A stretch of DNA of 64,000 nucleotides from Octopus bimaculoides (Eukaryota), in contig NC_068993.1 in assembly GCF_001194135.2 (NCBI RefSeq), forward strand, positions 42,105,249-42,169,248, written 5' to 3'. Shown in pieces: positions 25,432 to 38,438 of the stretch. Numbering within the stretch: position 1 is the stretch's first letter; each line of letters opens with the position of its first letter. The notes beneath the pieces were generated by a model. It saw only the letters and a list, made by a program, of their open reading frames with translations. It did no database searches and had not been told where the DNA came from. Position numbers and translations under genes: made by a program.

Positions 25432-25448
25432 CGACGCTCTTCCGATCT
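25432..25448 (+). other. Illumina adapter remnant (assembly artefact)
   Basis: CGACGCTCTTCCGATCT directly after an N-gap is the 3' end of the Illumina read-1 primer/TruSeq adapter. Confidence 0.95.
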
Positions 25449-25859
25449 ATATATACATATTTATTTGTGTCTATGTATGTATGCTTATATATATGTGTGT
25501 GTGTGTATCCATATATGTACAAGTAAATATATATGTTTTTATTTATGTATGTGTGTTTGTGTGCGTGAGTTTGTATGTACGTGCGAGTGCGCATGAGCGT
25601 AAGGGAAATGATATTTGATGTAGCCAAACGGGAGAGACGTCGTGTGTCTACATCTGTTTCTGACCACGAGCATAAACACTTTGTTAGTTCCCTTTCTTAA
25701 ACATATGTTAACATTGAATTAAATGTTAATGTCTTGAAATTATCTCTCTTTCTTATTTCAATTTTATTATATATGTATGTCTTTACATATGTATGTACTT
25801 ATTGCATATATGTATTTGTCTTTGTGGGTGTATGGTTGTATATAACCCTTTTTCTATTT

Positions 25860-26010
25860 TCTCTACCTGTTTATTTTTGTGTTCCTTTCTGTCGAAGAGC
25901 GCAGGCTCGAAACCTAAAAGACTTCCCGAGCGTTAAACTAATACACCTGTTTGTAGTTTACACACCCGCCTTCATCTTCGTTTTTCTTTTTTTGTAAATT
26001 CTCACTATAT
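25860..26010 (+). mobile_element. Penelope-like terminal relic with a degenerate hammerhead motif
   Basis: CTTT-CTGTCGA-A-GAGC-GCAG-GCTC-GAAAC-CTA-AAAG. Confidence 0.45.
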
Positions 26011-26436
26011 NNNNNNNNNNNNNNNNNNNNNNNNNNNNNNNNNNNNNNNNNNNNNNNNNNNNNNNNNNNNNNNNNNNNNNNNNNNNNNNNNNNNNNNNNN
26101 NNNNNNNNNNNNNNNNNNNNNNNNNNNNNNNNNNNNNNNNNNNNNNNNNNNNNNNNNNNNNNNNNNNNNNNNNNNNNNNNNNNNNNNNNNNNNNNNNNNN
26201 NNNNNNNNNNNNNNNNNNNNNNNNNNNNNNNNNNNNNNNNNNNNNNNNNNNNNNNNNNNNNNNNNNNNNNNNNNNNNNNNNNNNNNNNNNNNNNNNNNNN
26301 NNNNNNNNNNNNNNNNNNNNNNNNNNNNNNNNNNNNNNNNNNNNNNNNNNNNNNNNNNNNNNNNNNNNNNNNNNNNNNNNNNNNNNNNNNNNNNNNNNNN
26401 NNNNNNNNNNNNNNNNNNNNNNNNNNNNNNNNNNNN

Positions 26437-26477
<41 letters not shown>

Positions 26478-26847
26478 TACGTATATGCACATACACACAG
26501 AAATAAATATGTAATCCAACAAAATGACCATAAACCCTTAAACCAGTTTTGCCCTTATCAAAATTTGAATCGTTATGAAGGAAGATTGTTCATTGTGAGC
26601 ATACGGTATAATATAAACTACAAAATCTCCCACAATAGAAGTCCACCGTATATATTTGAAAATATGTCTTATGTTTCGTTATAGTATGCAAGATTTATTG
26701 AAATATTGATAATAATATTACCAGAATTACTTTCTGTTCTTAGCTGAAACGTATTTCTTTTATATTCATCCATTAAGGTCCATTCTGCAATATATGAAGC
26801 ATTACATATGGTATTTTTCAGAGTTTAACGTATATATCGGTTTCAAA

Positions 26848-27050
26848 GTTTGGCACAAGGACAACAATTCCGAAGACGGTGTAAGTCGTTTACATTGACT
26901 TCAGAGTTCAAATGGTATTTAATTCATCGATCCCGAAAGGATAAAAGGCAAAGTCGATCTGGGTGGAATTCGAACTCAGAACCTAAACGCGGACATAATG
27001 CCGCTAAGCATTTTGCACGGCTTCCTAACGATTCTGCCAGCCCCCCACCT
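26848..27050 (-). mobile_element. SINE family A
   Basis: ATCGATCCCGAAAGGATAAAAGGCAAAGTCGATC..TTCGAACTCAGAAC..GCCGCTAAGCATTTTGC..ATTCTGCCAGC. Confidence 0.85.
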
Positions 27051-27180
27051 TATCAAGACGTACTGTAGTCAGCTCTGATTATTTTGGTTATTTTTCATGC
27101 TTAAGCACCGCATCATAAAGTTAAATACAAACGCACACAAACATGTATATGTATGTGTGTGTCCATATCTTTAAATGTGT

Positions 27181-27462
27181 GGAGGTGCAATGGCCCAGTG
27201 TTTAGGGCAGCGGACTCGCGGTCACAGGATCGCGGTTTCGATTCCCAGACCGGGCGCTGTGAGTGTTTATTGAGCGAAAGCACCTAAAGCTCCACGCGGC
27301 TCGGGCAGGGGATGGTGGGGAACCTTGCTGTACTCTTTCACCTCAACTTTCTCTCACTCTTACTTCCTGTTTCTGTTGTACCTGTAATTCAAAGGGTCAG
27401 CCTTGTCACACTGTGTCACGCTGAATATCCCCGAGAACTACGTTAAGGGTACACGTGCCTGT
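27181..27462 (+). mobile_element. tRNA-derived SINE family C (little decayed, runs into a gap)
   Basis: A box TGGCCCAGTGTTTAG and B box GGTTTCGATTCCC in a tRNA-like head, followed by a non-tRNA body. Confidence 0.85.
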
Positions 27463-28649
27463 NNNNNNNNNNNNNNNNNNNNNNNNNNNNNNNNNNNNNN
27501 NNNNNNNNNNNNNNNNNNNNNNNNNNNNNNNNNNNNNNNNNNNNNNNNNNNNNNNNNNNNNNNNNNNNNNNNNNNNNNNNNNNNNNNNNNNNNNNNNNNN
27601 NNNNNNNNNNNNNNNNNNNNNNNNNNNNNNNNNNNNNNNNNNNNNNNNNNNNNNNNNNNNNNNNNNNNNNNNNNNNNNNNNNNNNNNNNNNNNNNNNNNN
27701 NNNNNNNNNNNNNNNNNNNNNNNNNNNNNNNNNNNNNNNNNNNNNNNNNNNNNNNNNNNNNNNNNNNNNNNNNNNNNNNNNNNNNNNNNNNNNNNNNNNN
27801 NNNNNNNNNNNNNNNNNNNNNNNNNNNNNNNNNNNNNNNNNNNNNNNNNNNNNNNNNNNNNNNNNNNNNNNNNNNNNNNNNNNNNNNNNNNNNNNNNNNN
27901 NNNNNNNNNNNNNNNNNNNNNNNNNNNNNNNNNNNNNNNNNNNNNNNNNNNNNNNNNNNNNNNNNNNNNNNNNNNNNNNNNNNNNNNNNNNNNNNNNNNN
28001 NNNNNNNNNNNNNNNNNNNNNNNNNNNNNNNNNNNNNNNNNNNNNNNNNNNNNNNNNNNNNNNNNNNNNNNNNNNNNNNNNNNNNNNNNNNNNNNNNNNN
28101 NNNNNNNNNNNNNNNNNNNNNNNNNNNNNNNNNNNNNNNNNNNNNNNNNNNNNNNNNNNNNNNNNNNNNNNNNNCAAGAGACAGACAGGCAAACAAACAG
28201 AGAGAAAGACAGGAGTGGGGAAAGTGTTATATGAAAATATTCTACAAGCTGTTTCCAAAGATAAATTTTGTAATGCAGCAATAACATTCTACATTGAGAT
28301 GAAATAAATAATATTGATTTCTCGCCTGATTCGATATTCATTTCTTTTGGGTAACGTAAATAGTATTAATAATATTACTATAATGTTTAATATATGCCAG
28401 TTTATATAATTATTGTTTAATTTCTCTTAATCGAAAGTTATTCCATTTACAACATATTTCTCACTGAATAATTTAAGCTAAATTTACACTACTTATACAA
28501 AAGCGTGGACATTATTAGATTTTTATTGTAAGTCAAAGTTATATGCGACTCCCTCACTATGACATACAAGGCATATACGTTTCATTGTCTCTATTGTAAG
28601 GCCTGTGAATTGTACAATGTAATTAATGTATTTAAATTTTTCTTCTCTT

Positions 28650-28810
28650 TGTAGGCGCAGTCATGACTTTGTAGTTAAGTAGTTCGTTTTGCTACTACAT
28701 ACTTTTGAGTTCAGTTCCGCTGAGTGAGAATTGGAACAAAGTGCCTACTGATTGTAGTTTCGAGCCGACCAATCACTTCTGAGCGTAATCAGCAGACAAA
28801 GAGTCTGTGC
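28650..28810 (+). mobile_element. SINE family B, 5' half (very diverged)
   Basis: GTAGGCGCAGTCATGACTTTGTAGTTAAGTAG..GAGTTCAGTTCC..GAGCCGACCAA. Confidence 0.5.
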
Positions 28811-29000
28811 GTTTCTGAATTTGTTTATATGTGTGCCTGTGTGCGTTTGTGTGTGAGTGTATGTATTTCCCTACACCACTAGATTATTTTCCTGTTCTTT
28901 CTCTCTTTTCCCTTTTTTTTTTTTTTTTACGTTCCGGTAAAATAAGTACTACGACAAAATAAGTACTAGGGTGAATTTGTTCACAAAACATTTCAAGACG

Positions 29001-29059
<59 letters not shown>

Positions 29060-29133
29060 NNNNNNNNNNNNNNNNNNNNNNNNNNNNNNNNNNNNNNNNN
29101 NNNNNNNNNNNNNNNNNNNNNNNNNNNNNNNNN

Positions 29134-29240
29134 CTCTTTTACTTCTTTCAGTCATTGACTCTGACCACGCTGGTGCACCACCTTTTGTCGAGCAAGTCGA
29201 CCCAGGACTTATTCTTTGTAAGCCTATTACTTATTTTAAC
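29134..29240 (-). mobile_element. SINE family B, 3' end
   Basis: CTCTTTTACTTCTTTCAGTCATT..GTCGAGCAAGTCGACCCAGGACTTATTCTTTGTAAGCC. Confidence 0.8.
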
Positions 29241-29289
29241 GATGTACACGCGGTCACATATTGGAATATATATATACATATGATGGACT

Positions 29290-29570
29290 CTCCCGCCGTA
29301 AACGACGTATGATCATTCGGCGTTTTGTCGAACGACCTGCACAAATGAATTGTTTGTAGTGATCAAATATTCGTGCCGCACATTAGCTCACTCTCCCATC
29401 AAATCTAAGCATGTGCACTGTGTGCCACGGGTCAGGTGTCGAAGTGATTGCAAAGCAACGTGAGATGAAATGCTTTACTCAAGAATACAACGCAACACCT
29501 GATCAAGGAATTGAAATCACGATCGCTAGATCGTTAATGCAACACCTTAACTTCTATAGCATGCGCCCTT
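29290..29570 (-). mobile_element. SINE family D
   Basis: CTCAAGAATACAACGCA..GGAATTGAAATCACGATC..CAACACCTTAAC (reversed tRNA-like head), similar to 58200-58290. Confidence 0.65.
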
Positions 29571-30080
29571 ACATTATGTGTGTGTGTGTGAGTGTGTGTG
29601 TGTGAGTGTGTGTGTGTGAGTGTGTGTGTGTGTGCGTGTGTGTGTATATATGTGTATTTTTCTATTTCATAAAATGACAATGTATTTCAGGTACGCATTT
29701 AGCTGATTACACTCAGAGCGAAAAGGCGAGATATGTGGCAATTATAAGGTAATTGAGGCATGGAGGCTTTTGGGTTCATTGAGTTATTAATTGTACTTTA
29801 GAATTCGAAATATACGCAGTAAATTGCATTTTGTTCTGAGGCGTTTGTATATATCTGAAAACTGTTATCCTTTTTTAATTCGTATTTAACGTCGTATTGC
29901 AGGTGTATTGCAGGTATACGTAGTTATTAACCGCTTTATCTGAAAAGGTACACATACACAGACATATATTTATCTGGAAATAGATACAGAGGCATTTGTA
30001 TAAATACATCCACTCAAAGTTTATATCGTCAAACACACACGTACGTATGTAAAAATAATTTTAAGAACTAAGTTTACATG

Positions 30081-30135
<55 letters not shown>

Positions 30136-30524
30136 CATATATATATGTCACTATCCACAGATATACATATATACATTTATACATATGACATAATTATTGT
30201 CGCCCGTATTGGAATAGTAATTAATATGCTTTAGAAAATTTCTCTTTAGAGAAAAATGTCATTAATCATTGCATGCGCATTTTGATGTTTTCTCTTATAA
30301 TATGCAATATGAATTATTTGTTAACAAGGAATATGGAAAGAAGAATATGAGAAGTCCATTGCTTTCTCTTCTATATTCTTTCTTCTTTATAAACTTTATA
30401 CATTTCTTCTTGAAAATATCGTAAATGTGTACTTATAATACACACTTGAATTCTTGTTTGAAATATAGTCAAAACGCAGTTAAACATTAATCACAATATA
30501 GCCGGCGTTCGTATAATAAATATT

Positions 30525-30670
30525 CTTTTCTATTCTAGGCACAAGGCCCGAAATTTGGGGGGGAGGAGGCCTGTCGATTAGATCGTCTCCAGTATGCAAC
30601 TGGTACATAATTTATCGACCCCGAAATATTAGAAGTCAAAGTCGACTTCGGCGGAATTTGAACTCAAAGG
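30525..30670 (-). mobile_element. SINE family A, head truncated
   Basis: TTCTAGGCACAAGGCCCGAAATTT..GCAACTGGTACATAATTTATCGACCCCGAAA..GTCGACTTCGGCGGAATTTGAACTC. Confidence 0.85.
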
Positions 30671-31000
30671 TGTGGCATTTTAAAACGAGAACTGTTCCTG
30701 TTATTGTAGCTACCCTACGTATGATGAAAAAAGGGATGTCAGAAATATCTAGATAAGATCCCAGGAGAACCATGTCTCAGAGAAATCCAAAAGATTATAC
30801 TGACAAGTACTAACCACATCCTTAGAAAAATTCTATCCATTTAAATGTCTGTGTTGTATTACATGAAGATATTTCGCTAATGCCCATGCCAATTCGCCTC
30901 CTCAAGCTTTCAGTCATACTGTAACATCTCTTATCCTTCACTCGCCTTAGGAAGATGTGTGCGTCTCGGGAAGAGATTGTAACAAACATGAAGATTAAAA

Positions 31001-31055
<55 letters not shown>
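30671..31055 (+). mobile_element. R4/Dong-like LINE 3' end no. 1 with (AAT)n tail
   Basis: WHFKTRTVPVIVATLRMMKK / GCQKYLDKIPGEPCLREIQKIILTSTNHILRKILSI* (stop 30842-30844), 3' UTR, (AAT)n at ~31002-31053. Confidence 0.8.
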
Positions 31056-31058
<3 letters not shown>

Positions 31059-31070
31059 CAACAACAACAC

Positions 31071-31596
31071 AAACCGCAGGGAGTAGCAGAGTCGGTGGCA
31101 AGCAAAATCCTCTGGGATTTTCTAATCCAAACAGATGAGGTGCTATAGCATAGTGGTAGTTGACAAGGTGCACCACATGTGCTATATAGTTGATGTTGTA
31201 TGTCCCTTTGACCCATGAATAGTCAAGAAGGAAGGCGAAAAGTTAGATTGAGCCAATCCTCTTAATTACGAAATAGCCCGGCTATGGAAACTGATGAAGG
31301 TGAAGATAGTGACAATTATTGTTAGGTCCTTGGGAAATGTATCACAAGGCATCAAGAGCAATATAAAGGAAATTGGAATAGAGTGCCAAGTATAACTTTT
31401 ACAAAAGTTTTGCCTCATTGGCACGGCCAGAATAACCAGGAAAGTATTAGATAGCTGAAATGAATGGATAGCATTGTACTGTAGGCTGTAGGTAGTAAGC
31501 CTGTTACGCATGCAAAACTCCAGGAGCTCCAACAAAACCTGTGATAAGGAGAAATAATAATGTTACTACTACTACTATTACTACTACTACTACTAC

Positions 31597-31648
<52 letters not shown>
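31071..31648 (+). mobile_element. R4/Dong-like LINE 3' end no. 2 with (AAT)n tail
   Basis: KILWDFLIQTD..CYIVDVVCPFD..YEIARLWKL..IIVRSLG..LQKFCLIGTARITRKVLDS* (stop 31456-31458); tail at ~31555-31648. Confidence 0.8.
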
Positions 31649-31652
<4 letters not shown>

Positions 31653-31654
31653 CG

Positions 31655-31950
31655 CTTCAAATTTTGGCACAACGCTAACAAGTCTGGGGAAAGGGATTAG
31701 TGTATTAGATCGTATCCAGTGTTCAACTGGTACTTATTTTATTGACTCTGAAATAAAGAGAGGAAAAGACGACTCCAGCAGCATTTGAACTCAGATCATA
31801 AAATCGGATGAGATGCTGCATGGCTTGTGATTTTAGCAAGACAAGCAGTGTTTAGGAGAGATATATCAATATCATCGACTCCAATACTTGACTGATTTTT
31901 CATTTTAATGGCTTGAAAGGAAGAAAGCCAAAGTTGACTCCGGGCGTTTT
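31655..31950 (-). mobile_element. two tandem SINE family A fragments
   Basis: TTTTGGCACAAC..TTCAACTGGTACTTATTTTATTGAC..TTTGAACTCAGA and ATCGACTCCAATAC..GAAAGG..AAAGTTGACTC. Confidence 0.65.
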
Positions 31951-31972
31951 GGATGATAATGATAATAATAAT

Positions 31973-32720
31973 CCTTTCTGTAACGATGAGATTGAAACTA
32001 TAGACCACCTAATCTCAAGGTGTAGAGCCTTAGCACCTGTAGAATATAAAGCAAGACATGACAGAGTCGGCCAGTATTTACACTGGAAAATATGTCGACA
32101 TTATAAAATCAAAACCGCTGACAAATAGTATAAACACCATCCTGAAGCTGTGACTGAGGGAGAAATCGTGTCAATTCTCTGGGACTTCTCCGTACATACC
32201 GACAAAACTATAAAAGCTAATAAACCGGATGTTATTATAAAAGATCAGACAAAGAAGATGTGTTTATTAATTGACATGAGTATTCCCTGCGATCACAATA
32301 TAGCGGCGAAAGAATTTGACAAGATCAGTAGATATAAAGACTTGCTAATAGAAATTGAAAAAAATGTGGCATCTCAAGGCGATACCGTACCAGTGATTGT
32401 ATGATCTCTCGGAATGATTAAAAAAAGATACTGAAACTAGGCTTACCAACCCTGCAGAAAGTGCAAAAATTCGTGTTGACTGGAATGACTCATGTACTGA
32501 GAAGAGCATTATCACTGTGAAAACAACATCCATTCATGAATTTATTTATTTATTAATTTTTTTTTAAATACATATTTTATCTGTGAATTTGCGTGTGTAA
32601 ACTGGGAATGCATACAATGAGCTTCTCTGCCCAAGGTGTACGGAAAACACTCGGCGAGAAATGGAAGAAAATTTGAAGAAAGAAGACAGAAAAATAATGA
32701 TGATGATGACGATGATAATT
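31973..32720 (+). mobile_element. R4/Dong-like LINE 3' end no. 3
   Basis: FCNDEIETIDHLISRC..YKARHDRVGQYLHWKIC (CCHC), ILWDFSVHTDKTIKANKPDVIIKD..LIDMSIPCDHNIAAKEFDKISRYKDL (RLE); AAT/GAT tail at ~32695-32720. Confidence 0.9.
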
Positions 32721-33069
32721 TGGGTATGTTGCCTATTTAAATAAAATTTCGCATATGTAGAATTAAAGTAGCTATTCCCAAAGATATATATTAAAACAAA
32801 TTTGATCTTACGAACGAAATTCGAAATAAGAATCGGGTGATTAGACACCTGCTCTTTATTTACGAAACGAAGAAGCCATTTTGCGTTTAGATATCACCTA
32901 TATTATTGGTTTCATTTAAGATATAAATAGGTATTTTTTTCTACAAGACGGAGAGTAGTAACCTAACATTCCATACCTTGCTAATTTCAACAATTTTGAA
33001 ACCATAATTTAATTTTCAGGGTACATAATTTTACAGTTGTATTATAATGTTCCCCTAAATACATATTAT

Positions 33070-33242
33070 ATTGGCTTGAAATTTTGACACAAGGCCAGCA
33101 ATTTTGGAGAACTAAATCGACTTCATTGACCTCAGTGCTCAGGTGGTATTTATTTTATCGATTCTGAAAGGATGAAAGGTAAAATCAACCTCGGCGAAAT
33201 TTGAGCTCAAAACGTAAAAGACAGACATGTTGCTAAGCATTT
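33070..33242 (-). mobile_element. SINE family A
   Basis: TTTATCGATTCTGAAAGGATGAAAGGTAAAATCAACCTCGGCGAAATTTGAGCTCA..GCTAAGCATTT. Confidence 0.8.
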
Positions 33243-34569
33243 GAGCCCTCATTAATTTGCAGTGGTTGACACTCCTTCCAACGTTTATATCAATGATTGG
33301 TTTGTTAATATTCTGTTACGAGCTAGAATCGAACGATACAGAAAATATCCATAAAACGCTATACGTTTTGTTGCATAATTGACAAAGATGGATAAACCTC
33401 GCTAACAAAGATGCCATGGAGAAAATAGTTTCATATAAGCCCATATCTGTATTGAATGTCTGAATGCGGTGCCAACACGCAATGTATACCCTTTTAACCT
33501 TACAAAATTATACACTTCATGTCTCTGCTGATGAAACATCAATGTCAATTCTCAACTGGTTAGAATTTCTGACATTTTCTCAAAGAAAATATTCCCCAAA
33601 ACTCAAAAGATTATCACGTGTAAGTTCGTTCTCTGACTGGGCGAGATAATAATTTCTATTTTTGAAAATAGGAATAGATAGGAAATTATCTTCTGATTCC
33701 AATTATATGAGATAGTTGTAACTGCTAAACTGACACCCAATTATATTTCCTATTCGGTTATTTTACTTCTTGTAAACAGAATAGCCAATTTCAATAAAGG
33801 GATAGCTAAAAACCACCGAGAATTCTCTAATAAAGATTCCTAAAATTAATAGATTTTCATCTCTCCTGGAATTCTTGACGTTTCATTTACTAATTCAATT
33901 ATGTTTATTCACATTCAGGCAGATTCATTTAGTCATATAATAGACAGCTGACGATAGTTTATATTGTTTTCTACTATGCATAGCTGCTTTGCTGCGCATC
34001 GTAAAAAGTTGGACACGTTTCTATCGTAAAATACACCATAACAACATTGTTCTGTTATTATTGTCCGTAATAAACACTTGTGCTTCACATTTATAGGAAT
34101 TTATCTTATCTAATTCAAATAATTAATTGTCAAGCAAGACCGAGTTGCCATAGATTCTGATACTGCACTTGTGTGAACGCTACACATGGAGGTAAGTTGC
34201 AAATATGTCAATATAACTACCGTATTTCGATATTCTGTTGGGTGTACTGATTTTACAACTTATTTCTTGGCGCGATCATGAATGTAACTCATTCCTACTA
34301 TCTTTCACCAATTAGGCATTATGATAATAAATTTTACCAGGGTTTGATAACTTGGAATCAACGAATAAAAACCAGAGTGCTGGTGTCATGCAGGGCTGTA
34401 CCTCATTATTTTGTGTTATATACGATGAGAGCGAACAATTCCTTGAAGGTCCTCCCTCTGTAACAACTAAGCTGAGCGTGCAAATAACGTGGGAGTTACA
34501 GAAAAGAAAAAGAAACAAATAAAATAAATACATGCTCAAAACAAAAAAAGAAAGAGTTAGTTTCTGCAT

Positions 34570-34760
34570 AAATATATAGTGTGAAGGCTAGTAGTGTCGA
34601 GATAAAGGCGTGGACCCACAATTATAAGGTCTTACTTTCGATTTTTGGACGAGGTAGTACGTTGTATTGAATAAGATGCATGATGTAATTTCGTGGTGTT
34701 TCAGCCAGTTCGCCAGTAAAAGAGTGCCAAACCTGTGCTGTTGCAGCGTGTTTCTGTGTC
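34570..34760 (+). mobile_element. diverged SINE of family C/D type
   Basis: tRNA-like head remnant ..GGTCTTACTTTCGATTTTTGGACG..TTGTATTGAATAAG. Confidence 0.4.
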
Positions 34761-34920
34761 TGTATTTCTCACACTAACCATGTTCCGCTCACGCAAGTGT
34801 GAGAGAGCTGAGAATATATTTATGTGTGTCGTGAATACATAGGCACATACGACAGTGGGTTAAAATATTGTACTTGCTAGCAGGTAACACTCATTTGCAT
34901 GGTTTAACCATCGTTCTATC

Positions 34921-35138
34921 AGCGGTGAGGTGGCAGAAACGTTAGCACGCCGGGCAAAATGCTTAGCAGTATTTCGTCTATCTTTACGTTCTGAGTTTAA
35001 ATTTCGCCGAGGTCGACTTTGCATTTCATCCTTTCGGGGTCGATAAATTAAGTGCCAGTTGCATACTGGGGTCGATCTAATCGACTGGCTCCTCTCTCCC
35101 AAATATTTCGGGTTTTGTGCCTAGAGTAGAAAAGAATA
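34921..35138 (+). mobile_element. SINE family A, full length, least diverged copy
   Basis: A box TGGCAGAAACG, B-box-like GAGTTTAAATT, central GCATTTCATCCTTTCGGGGTCGATAAATTAAGTGCCAG, end GTGCCTAGAGTAGAAAAGAATAT. Confidence 0.9.
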
Positions 35139-35443
35139 TAGGGTTCATAATACAAAATATAAATATACCGAGTTTTAAATTATATAAAACAATGATGCAC
35201 ATATTTACTCTAAATAAGTTCCGGTGGTCTTGAACGTGAATATGCTAATCACTGTTGCATTTTATCAACAGAAAACAACTTCTTATTTTGTATTTGTATA
35301 CTCCCCTCTATAAATATTCTGTTGTTTACTCCCTCTTTCCTTCTTCTGCTGACTGCATGATCATCTCCCTCTCATTGCATATCTATGATTAATGGGTTTG
35401 CGTGTGTTTGTTTGTGTGTGTGTGTATATATGTGTGTGTGTGT

Positions 35444-35475
<32 letters not shown>

Positions 35476-36383
35476 TTGTGAGATGTTCTTTTACTCATTT
35501 TGTATTATCAAGATTAGAATAAGCAATCATTCGGAAACACGTTAAATTACTTTATTTCTTTTACCCTCTCTACCATCTCTCTATACGAAGTGAAACTTAA
35601 ATGGAGATATCAACCAACAAAACAACCAACATTTATATCGACTATTATTGTAGAGGAATTATGATCAGATAAAACTGTATTTCTCCCCACACCTATTCTT
35701 CTATGGTCTCACAAGGAAAAGTAACAGAAGGAAAAGTAACGTTAACTTCTGAGCCTATCTTAATTACAGTTCTAATGTCTTTATGTAGTTTTATGCTATA
35801 CCAAAGACAAATATTGAGATAAAATAAGGGTTATGTATAGCAGAGATATCCTGGAACAATTGCCTATGAGAAGATGGAAAACAATTGGAGAAAAAAGATT
35901 TTCCGAAATTATAAATAAGGCAAAATACAGAGAGAGTTAAAAAGGATGATTTTGATTTTGCAATAATCATACAATGATCATTGTAAATCATTGTAAATCA
36001 TTCTATGTAGTAGCTGATAAATTATTCATGAAAACGAAAGCATATATAATTATGGTAATCATGTAAAATAAGTTTAGCGAAGAATCAGTGAGTTGGAAAG
36101 TTGTTACAAAGAATGGTTATAGCAGTGTTCGTTGACACATGTAAAATGTTCAAATCTGCTATGCTAAAACACAATTTCCCCATCGGAAAGAATAATTTGA
36201 TTTTCATTAATTAGCGGGCTTTTAGATATTTTTACAACTCAAAGCTAAATCATAATAGGAAATTTCTTTCTGGATGTGTTATAGGATTTACAATATATCT
36301 ATCTGTAATAATTATCTTTTATATCATTAAGAATTATTTTAGATTCGTACATGCATGTAGCTAATGACAAAGGGTTTCATATA

Positions 36384-36449
<66 letters not shown>

Positions 36450-37699
36450 NNNNNNNNNNNNNNNNNNNNNNNNNNNNNNNNNNNNNNNNNNNNNNNNNNN
36501 NNNNNNNNNNNNNNNNNNNNNNNNNNNNNNNNNNNNNNNNNNNNNNNNNNNNNNNNNNNNNNNNNNNNNNAAAATTTTTCACTCAGATATTCCTGTAATA
36601 TATGTTGCGAACTTATGAAGTTAACATGAGATCATTACTGAGAAAAAAAATTATACGTATTTACGAGCTATTTCTTATTAAACATGAAATTTCTAGTTTT
36701 AGCATTTGAAAAATCAATACCCAGCCAGCGTCACATTGTTTTAGGCGTGCAATAAGATGTTACATTGCATCCTATTCTTCTTCTTTTGCGCTATTCAAAA
36801 ATATAAGTGTTCTTTAATTATTAATTTATATTGTCTTCTACTTAAAATTTCGGCTCTAGGATTATTCCTCCGAGATCGATCTGCTAACAAGAGAGAAAGA
36901 GAGAGAATTGCATTTATTCCATATTGAACAACTTATTCGAAATTGGAAAAAATGTCTGTGAATTAAATTTTAATTACTGAAAAAAACGTAAATGGCTTAC
37001 AAGTCATTAACTAATGTTAATTAGGCCGTATGAGATTGAAGTACATGTCATTAAAAAAAAATACCTCGGTTGTCAAGATTGAAACACGAGCTAATTCCAT
37101 TTTTCAAAACCTACATCTACTACACAGCAACAATACTAGCAATTGGCTATCGAATTTATATCAGATAATTGGCTCAGAAATATTCCATTTTAGGTATGTT
37201 TTCAATAACATGATCATTGTTGGGGAAATAAGTTTTTAAAATTCACTTTAACACTTCTCAGGTAACGTATAAAGGTTTTGCATAATAGATAAAAAGTATA
37301 TATCTCTCATAATGTATCACACAAAATCCTGAAACTTAAACCAATGTAATCAGTTGTTTATATATATATATATATCTTTCGAAAATTCTGAAGATCTCAG
37401 TCTCGTTTACGAAAGAATAAAATTAGAATAACTTTATTCGTTAAGGGCAAAATTTATCACATTGACACTCCCTAATATAAAGAGACAGTGGTGCGCAGCA
37501 TCATCACCTATGGGGCTGTGGAAATCTAAAAATATTAACCATTAAGAAAACTTTCTTAGAAAATATAGAAGTAAAGCACACTCAGAATAAGTCCTGGTGT
37601 CGATTTGTTCGACTAAAATCCTGTAGTCACATAACTAATAAAAGTAAATGATTAAAAATGGAAGAAAATACTTTTCCTCGGATGAGCTACCTGAATAGT

Positions 37700-37700
<1 letters not shown>

Positions 37701-37765
<65 letters not shown>
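37701..37765 (+). repeat. (AG)n microsatellite
   Basis: direct reading. Confidence 0.9.
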
Positions 37766-38407
37766 AGGAAAGAAAGAAATGGGATGTGTGGTCATTCTAC
37801 CGCTTGTCAGGCAAAGAGCAGACAAAAGGAAGCGTTGTATTTTTATGTACGTATGTATGTACGCATGCGTATACACATACAAACACATAATTCCATTGCT
37901 GTTATTGTTTCATGTTCGTCCTTGCTAAATAATGTAGCGCAATTTTTCTGCTTAACAATAAATATGCCTCTAAATGCTGAAACGAAAACCATTTTGGAGA
38001 TGAAATGAATAATGTTAGTTTTGTAGGATTACTACCTATACACAAGTGTGTATATATTTATGCATGTATATGTCAATGATGTTATAGCAAATATTACTTT
38101 ATATACATCTAATTCTTCCATTCCAAAGCTGCATATTACAAGAACATCTTCCTGTCTCATCATTGCCGAAAGCCCATTAAACGTATTAATCTCATCAACT
38201 ATATAATAAGTTTCATCTAAGTAAATAATAAATATAGATCACTTTTTAGAAACAGTTCTGTTTTGCCGGCAGCAGTAGGCGGCAAGTGATAAACGGTAAT
38301 ACTTTGTCTTTAATGTTGGAGAGAATATAAAACTATGATTTGTAAACTATGAACGTGATGACGAGGTACATTCTGAATATAATATACAAAGTACGTATGT
38401 GTATGTG

Positions 38408-38438
<31 letters not shown>

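Noticed and set aside
27181-27256. tRNA-like sequence with A and B boxes
   Set aside because: No proper acceptor stem, and it continues into a SINE body; treated as a SINE head, as are the heads at 34921 and 58295
29691-29748. Possible 58 nt plus-strand exon (THLADYTQSEKARYVAII)
   Set aside because: Short, unrecognised, and expected by chance
34378-34430. GVMQGC peptide resembling the RT motif GVxQG
   Set aside because: Isolated hexapeptide with no flanking RT motifs
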